This document shows positions 59,321 to 64,000 of a DNA stretch of 64,000 bases, in pieces. Position 1 is the first letter of the stretch. Each line of letters opens with the position of its first letter. The translations under genes and the position numbers were made by a program. Under the pieces are notes generated by a model. It was not told where the DNA came from and did no database searches. It saw only the letters and a program-made list of their open reading frames with translations. Source of the stretch: Longimicrobiales bacterium (GTDB lineage Bacteria; Gemmatimonadota; Gemmatimonadetes; Longimicrobiales; Gaopeijiaceae); NCBI GenBank assembly GCA_965238005.1, contig OZ250165.1:2304001-2368000 (forward strand), in the 5' to 3' direction.

Positions 59321-61760
59321 CGAGATCCTCCAGAAGTCTTTTTGCGACCTTCCCGACCACCCGATCCACCTCCTTGTCGGTCAATGTCCGATCCCACGCC
59401 TGGAGGCGGAGACGGAACGCGAGCGAGCGCTCGCCCTCTCCCACCCCCTCGCCCCGGTACACGTCGAAGATGGTGATCGCGTCGAGGAGTTCGCCACCCG
59501 ATCCGCGTATGCACTCGAGGACGGACTCTGCCGAGACGTGCTGGGGGACAAGTAGGGCCAGATCACGATCCACCCCCGGAAACTGCGGGAGAGGCCGGAA
59601 TAGGGGCGCGCGATCCAGCTCGGGCTCGGCGGGCAAGAGGAGCTCCATGGCCCACACCGGCCCCGCCCACGTGGGAGCGTCGATTCGGTCCGTGCGGACC
59701 TGGCCGGCCGAACCGACGGTCCTGCCGTCCACCGCCGAGATGATCACCGTAGTGGAAGGCACGAACAGGTCACCGGTAACGGGTCCGCCGTCCCAAGCCT
59801 CGCCCGGCCCTTCGCCGCGGGCCTCGGCGGGGTCGGCCCTCGGGCTCACCGAACCCCCACCCCAACCGGACTCGGCCAACGTCTCCTCCACGAGCCCCTT
59901 CAACGTCCAGAAGTCTACCGCGTCTACTTCCTCGGACCAATGAGCCGGTCGCTGGCGACCCGTGATGGTCAGCGCCACGTGAAGATCCTCGCGAGGTGGA
60001 TCGCCCGAATCACACGCGCTGAAGACCGTCCCGATCTCGAACAGCCGGACGTCCCGAGCGCCACGGGCGAAGTTGTACTCGACGCACCGCAAAAGGGCCG
60101 GGAGAAGCGCGCTCCGCAGGTGGCTCTCCTCTTGGGAGATGGGGTTGCTGATCTCCACGTCTCCTTCGGATTCAGGGGCGAAGGCCGGATTCGTAGCTTC
60201 CAAGAGCCCGGTGCCGGCGAGCGCATGCCTCAGTTCGTCCTCGAGCTGGAAGAGTGGATGGTCCGGTACGGTGGTCGGCCGGGCGGGGCCCAGCTCGTCG
60301 GGGAAGCTGTCGTACCCGTGAGTGCGAGCGATCTCCTCGATGAGGTCCACCTCACGGGTCACGTCGTAGCTTCGGTACCCCGGCACGGTCACGTCGAGCT
60401 CCCCCTCGCCGCCGGCCTCCACACTGAAGCCCAGTGGCTTCAGCAGGCCCTCGATCTCCTCCGCTCCGAGCGGGACGCCCAGCACCTGCTCGACCCGGGC
60501 CAGCCGGAGCGTCAGCGAAAAGGGCTCCCAAGGCCGTGGCAGAACTTCCATGATCGGCCCATCGATCTCGCCACCCGCCGTAGCAAGGATGACCTCCAGG
60601 ACCCGCTTCACTGCTGGGACGTGTCCTTCCGGATCGACTCCCCTCTCGAATCGGTAGCTGGCGTCCGTGGAGATGCCCAGAGCCCGCCGGGTCCTCCGGA
60701 TGGACTTCGGCTCGAAGAGAGCGCACTCGAGCAGGATCTCCGAGGTCTCCTCTGTCACCGCCGAGTGAAGCCCACCCATGATGCCACCGATGTCGTGGGG
60801 CACTGAGGCGTCACAGATCATGAGCATCTCGGACTCGAACTCGTGCTCCAGGCCGTCCAGGGTCTCCATCGTCTCCCCGTCCTTCGCCTTCCGCACGACC
60901 AGCCGCGACCCCTCGAGCTTTCCGAGGTCGTAGGCGTGCATGGGGTTGCCCATCTCAAGCATCACATAGTTCGTGGCATCGACCACGTTATTGATGGGCT
61001 GCTGTCCCACGGCCCGCAGTCGCCGGGCGAGCCAATCCGGAGAGGGGGCCACTTGCACGCCGCGGATGATCACACCGAGGAATCGGTAACAGAGCTCAGG
61101 CTCGTCGATGCGGATGCCGACCCCGGCGTGCGTCACCTCCAGCTCGCCCGTCTTGACCTCGAGATCAAGATCCGGGGCGCCAGGGATGGCTGGCAGCACG
61201 ATGCCGTCGACTCCACCCGGCGCCACTTCCCTGGCCACTCCCACTTGGGATAGTAAGTCGCCCCGGTTGGGCGTCACCTCAACATCCAAGCGCACGTCGT
61301 CGAGGGCCAGAGCCTCGGTGAGGGGCTGGCCCAGCGAGACCTCGCCGGTCAGATGCATGATGCCCGCCTGGTCCCGTCCCAGGCCCAACTCCTTCTCGGA
61401 GCAGAGCATCCCGTTGGAGTACTCGCCCCGGATCTTGGCCCGCTCGAGCTTGAAGTCGCCCGGCAGGGTCACGCCTACGCCCGCGAAGGGATAGAATCCG
61501 CCCTCGTGGATGACCGGAGCACCGCAGACCACCTGGAGCGTCTCCTCGCCGTTATTCACCTCGCAGAGGGAGAGCCGGTCGGCGTTTGGGTGCTGACGCA
61601 CGGACTCCACCCGGGCCACGACGACCTCCTCCAGCCCGGCGCCCAGGAACGCGGTGCCCTCTACCGGCGCTCCGCGGGTGGCGAGATGCTCCACCACCTC
61701 CTCGACGCCCATCTCCAGGCCCGGTACCATGGCCTCGAGCCAGGCGAACGAGATGTTCAT
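59301..61760 (-). CDS. pheT: Phenylalanine--tRNA ligase beta subunit
   Basis: MNISFAWL, HPNADRL, TPNRGD, RFERG, DLIEEIAR, RDLA; ATGA overlap with pheS. Confidence 0.97.
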   Translation of the reverse strand: MNISFAWLEAMVPGLEMGVEEVVEHLATRGAPVEGTAFLGAGLEEVVVARVESVRQHPNADRLSLCEVNNGEETLQVVCGAPVIHEGGFYPFAGVGVTLPGDFKLERAKIRGEYSNGMLCSEKELGLGRDQAGIMHLTGEVSLGQPLTEALALDDVRLDVEVTPNRGDLLSQVGVAREVAPGGVDGIVLPAIPGAPDLDLEVKTGELEVTHAGVGIRIDEPELCYRFLGVIIRGVQVAPSPDWLARRLRAVGQQPINNVVDATNYVMLEMGNPMHAYDLGKLEGSRLVVRKAKDGETMETLDGLEHEFESEMLMICDASVPHDIGGIMGGLHSAVTEETSEILLECALFEPKSIRRTRRALGISTDASYRFERGVDPEGHVPAVKRVLEVILATAGGEIDGPIMEVLPRPWEPFSLTLRLARVEQVLGVPLGAEEIEGLLKPLGFSVEAGGEGELDVTVPGYRSYDVTREVDLIEEIARTHGYDSFPDELGPARPTTVPDHPLFQLEDELRHALAGTGLLEATNPAFAPESEGDVEISNPISQEESHLRSALLPALLRCVEYNFARGARDVRLFEIGTVFSACDSGDPPREDLHVALTITGRQRPAHWSEEVDAVDFWTLKGLVEETLAESGWGGGSVSPRADPAEARGEGPGEAWDGGPVTGDLFVPSTTVIISAVDGRTVGSAGQVRTDRIDAPTWAGPVWAMELLLPAEPELDRAPLFRPLPQFPGVDRDLALLVPQHVSAESVLECIRGSGGELLDAITIFDVYRGEGVGEGERSLAFRLRLQAWDRTLTDKEVDRVVGKVAKRLLEDLGVEQRL

Positions 61761-62800
61761 CGAGCCCCTCCGTGCGCGAACTGGGAGAGAAAGCGGACGT
61801 CGTTCTCGAAAAACAGCCGGAGATCGGGCACGCCATACTTCAGGAGTGCGATCCGGGCCGGCCCCATGCCAAAGGCGAACCCCGTGTAGCGCTCCGCGTC
61901 GTAGCCGACGTTCTCGAGGACGTTGGGGTCCACCATGCCGGCGCCCATGATCTCGATCCAATCGGACTCGACCCTGGTGCCGTCCTTCATGATGAGTTGA
62001 CGCTTCACGTCCACCTCTGCGCTGGGCTCGGTGAAGGGGAAGAAGGAAGGACGGAAGCGGACCTTCGTACCCGGACCCCAAAATCGGAGCGCGAATTCGG
62101 CCAACGTCGCCTTGAAGTCCACGAAGGTGATCCCTTCGTCCACCACCAGCCCCTCGATCTGTGCGAAGGCGGGTGTGTGGGTGGCGTCGTACGTGTCCCT
62201 CCGGTAGACCACTCCCGGGGCCAGAATCCGGATGGGGGGTGGATAGTGCTCCATGACCCGAACCTGGACGGGAGAGGTGTGGCTGCGGAGGAGCACCGAA
62301 TCCTTCAGGTAAAGCGTGTCCTGCTCGTCGGCCGCCGGATGATCGAGGGGCGTGTTCAGCGCTAAGAAGTTGTACCACTCCGTGTCGGCCTCGGGCCCTC
62401 GGGCGCGCACGAAACCCAATCCACGGAAGATCTGCCAGATCTCGTTCACAACCTGGTTGACCGGATGGATCCCGCCCTTCCAACGAGCGCGGCCCGGCAG
62501 GGTGAGATCCTCGGCGAGACCGGTGGGGGCGACCTCCCCGGCCAACTCACCCGCCCGCTCCTCCAGAGCCTCCTGGAGAGCCTCCTTCACCCGGTTCGCG
62601 TCGGCGCCCACCGCGGGACGTTCCGACACGTCCAGAGCACCCAACCCGCGCAGAAGCGAGGAGATGCGACCCTCTTTGCGGCCCAAGTACGCGATGCGCA
62701 ACGCTTCCAGCGTATCTGCGTCGGTGGCCGCCTTTATGGCGGCCAGAGCCTCGGTCTCGAGAGCCTTGAGGGTATCGACGAGAGAGTTAGAATCGCTCAT
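61757..62800 (-). CDS. pheS: Phenylalanine--tRNA ligase alpha subunit
   Basis: LRSHTSPVQ, FRPSFFPFTEPS, GFAFGMG. Confidence 0.97.
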   Translation of the reverse strand: MSDSNSLVDTLKALETEALAAIKAATDADTLEALRIAYLGRKEGRISSLLRGLGALDVSERPAVGADANRVKEALQEALEERAGELAGEVAPTGLAEDLTLPGRARWKGGIHPVNQVVNEIWQIFRGLGFVRARGPEADTEWYNFLALNTPLDHPAADEQDTLYLKDSVLLRSHTSPVQVRVMEHYPPPIRILAPGVVYRRDTYDATHTPAFAQIEGLVVDEGITFVDFKATLAEFALRFWGPGTKVRFRPSFFPFTEPSAEVDVKRQLIMKDGTRVESDWIEIMGAGMVDPNVLENVGYDAERYTGFAFGMGPARIALLKYGVPDLRLFFENDVRFLSQFAHGGAR

Positions 62801-62868
62801 ATATGAACGTGTTCACCTCGGTTGAGGGCAACAACTTACGCTGGTCATACCCATAGCCGTCAATAGCA

Positions 62869-62902
62869 AGGGGCCCCGCGACTGAATCGTCGCGAAGCCC
62901 CT
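62869..62902 (-). terminator. Hairpin after rplT
   Basis: Minus strand AGGGGCTTCGCGAC...GTCGCGGGGCCCCT; weak U-tract. Confidence 0.4.
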
Positions 62903-62927
62903 GGCATACCGTGGTCGTACGGGGAGG

Positions 62928-63290
62928 CTACCCAGCTTCGAGCCCCTCTTTGGCACGGTCCGCCAAGGCACCAAAGGCCTCCGGACTGCGCACGGCGAGA
63001 TCCGCCAGCGCTTTGCGGTCCAGGTCGATCCCGGCGCGCTTGAGTCCGTTCATGAACCGAGAGTACGAGAGCTCATTCTCACGGGCGGCGGCGTTGATCC
63101 GGGTGATCCAGAGGCGCCTGAAGTTGCGCTTCTTCTTCTTCCGGTCCCGGTACGCGTGCTCCCAGCCCTTCTCTACGGCGTCCTTGGCGGTGCGGTACAG
63201 GTTCTTTCGGCCGCCGAAGTACCCTTTGGCCGCCTTGAAAATCTTCTTCTTCCGTTTGTTACGAGCGGGAGATGAAGTCGCTCTTGGCAT
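62928..63290 (-). CDS. rplT: 50S ribosomal protein L20
   Basis: [25 protein letters not shown]. Confidence 0.98.
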   Translation of the reverse strand: MPRATSSPARNKRKKKIFKAAKGYFGGRKNLYRTAKDAVEKGWEHAYRDRKKKKRNFRRLWITRINAAARENELSYSRFMNGLKRAGIDLDRKALADLAVRSPEAFGALADRAKEGLEAG

Positions 63291-63308
63291 CGAAGCCTCT
63301 CCTTTCGC

Positions 63309-63506
63309 CTACGACCCTGGAAGGAGTCGCCCCATGCGCTTCTCGTCGGCCTTGCTCACCAAGGTGGCAGAACGGAGACGGCGCTTCCTCTTCTTTGACT
63401 TCTTGGTGAGGATGTGGCTCTTGTTCGCCCGCATCCGCCGGATCTTACCCGATCCGGTTCGGCGGAGGCGCTTTGCCGCACCTCGGTTGGTCTTCATCTT
63501 CGGCAT
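63309..63506 (-). CDS. rpmI: 50S ribosomal protein L35
   Basis: [18 protein letters not shown]. Confidence 0.97.
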   Translation of the reverse strand: MPKMKTNRGAAKRLRRTGSGKIRRMRANKSHILTKKSKKRKRRLRSATLVSKADEKRMGRLLPGS

Positions 63507-63515
63507 CTCATCTAC

Positions 63516-64000
63516 TCACTTGAGGGGTGCCAGAACCATGGACATGATCCGCCCCTCGAAACTCGGCTCGGATTCGACCTTTCCCACGTCCTCGAGGTCC
63601 TCGGTGACCCGAATGAGAACATCGCGCCCCAACTCGGGGTGCGTCACCTGCCGTCCCCGAAACATCATCGTCAGCTTGACCTTGTTCCCTTCGCTCAGGA
63701 ACCGCCGAGCATGACGGACTTTGAAGTCGTAGTCGTGATCCTCGATCCCCGGGCGAAACTTCACCTCTTTGACCTGAACGTGGTGCTGTTTTTTCTTCGC
63801 CTCCCGGGCCGCCCGCTGTGCCTCGTACTTGTATTTCCCGTAGTCCATCAGCTTGACTACTGGAGGTCGAGCCTCCGGAGCGACTTCCACCAGATCCAGG
63901 CCCCTGTCCTGGGCTAGGTCCCGCGCATCCTCGATGGAAACAATCCCGACTTGCCCTCCCAATTCGTCGATCAACCGGACCGGACTGATCCGGATCTGAT
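63516..64000 (-). CDS. infC: Translation initiation factor IF-3 (5' end outside window)
   Basis: LDLVEVAP..PPVVKLMDYGKYKYE, KEVKFRP, MFRGR. Confidence 0.96.
   Translation of the reverse strand, partial: QIRISPVRLIDELGGQVGIVSIEDARDLAQDRGLDLVEVAPEARPPVVKLMDYGKYKYEAQRAAREAKKKQHHVQVKEVKFRPGIEDHDYDFKVRHARRFLSEGNKVKLTMMFRGRQVTHPELGRDVLIRVTEDLEDVGKVESEPSFEGRIMSMVLAPLK

Noticed and set aside
59301..62483. 1060-aa ORF suggesting an extended PheT or a PheS-PheT fusion
   Set aside because: The extension overlaps pheS in another frame; the real start is MNISFAWL at 61760.

Overview
High-GC bacterial chromosomal window. The gene repertoire and a 'MTNPITRLNATLEGRYAIERQLG' kinase N-terminus suggest Gemmatimonadota (inference). 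Positions 1-30 kb and 46.5-64 kb are housekeeping: atp operon, thiD, punA/nupC, dnaK, degP, tRNA-Leu-tig-clpP-clpX-lon-engB, gcvT, hslU; then recN-nadK-dxs-ispA-xseBA-folD-rny-zapA-pheTS-rplT-rpmI-infC. Positions ~30.1-46.56 kb form an accessory island ending at tRNA-Cys. It holds two near-identical IS1182 copies inserted into a Ser/Thr kinase gene, a lone attC-like site, nested IS3/IS256 relics, and an IS1595 element with a passenger gene. It also holds a compact, decaying phage-satellite-like element: integrase, ParB, XRE repressor, RHH protein, Xis-like protein, iteron-bearing initiator, DnaB-like helicase, two unknown paralogs and TerS. Scattered across the window are seven copies or remnants of a non-coding, hairpin-forming MITE-like family that shares one structured core but has three different types of terminal sequence. 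All calls come from reading the sequence; no database searches were run.
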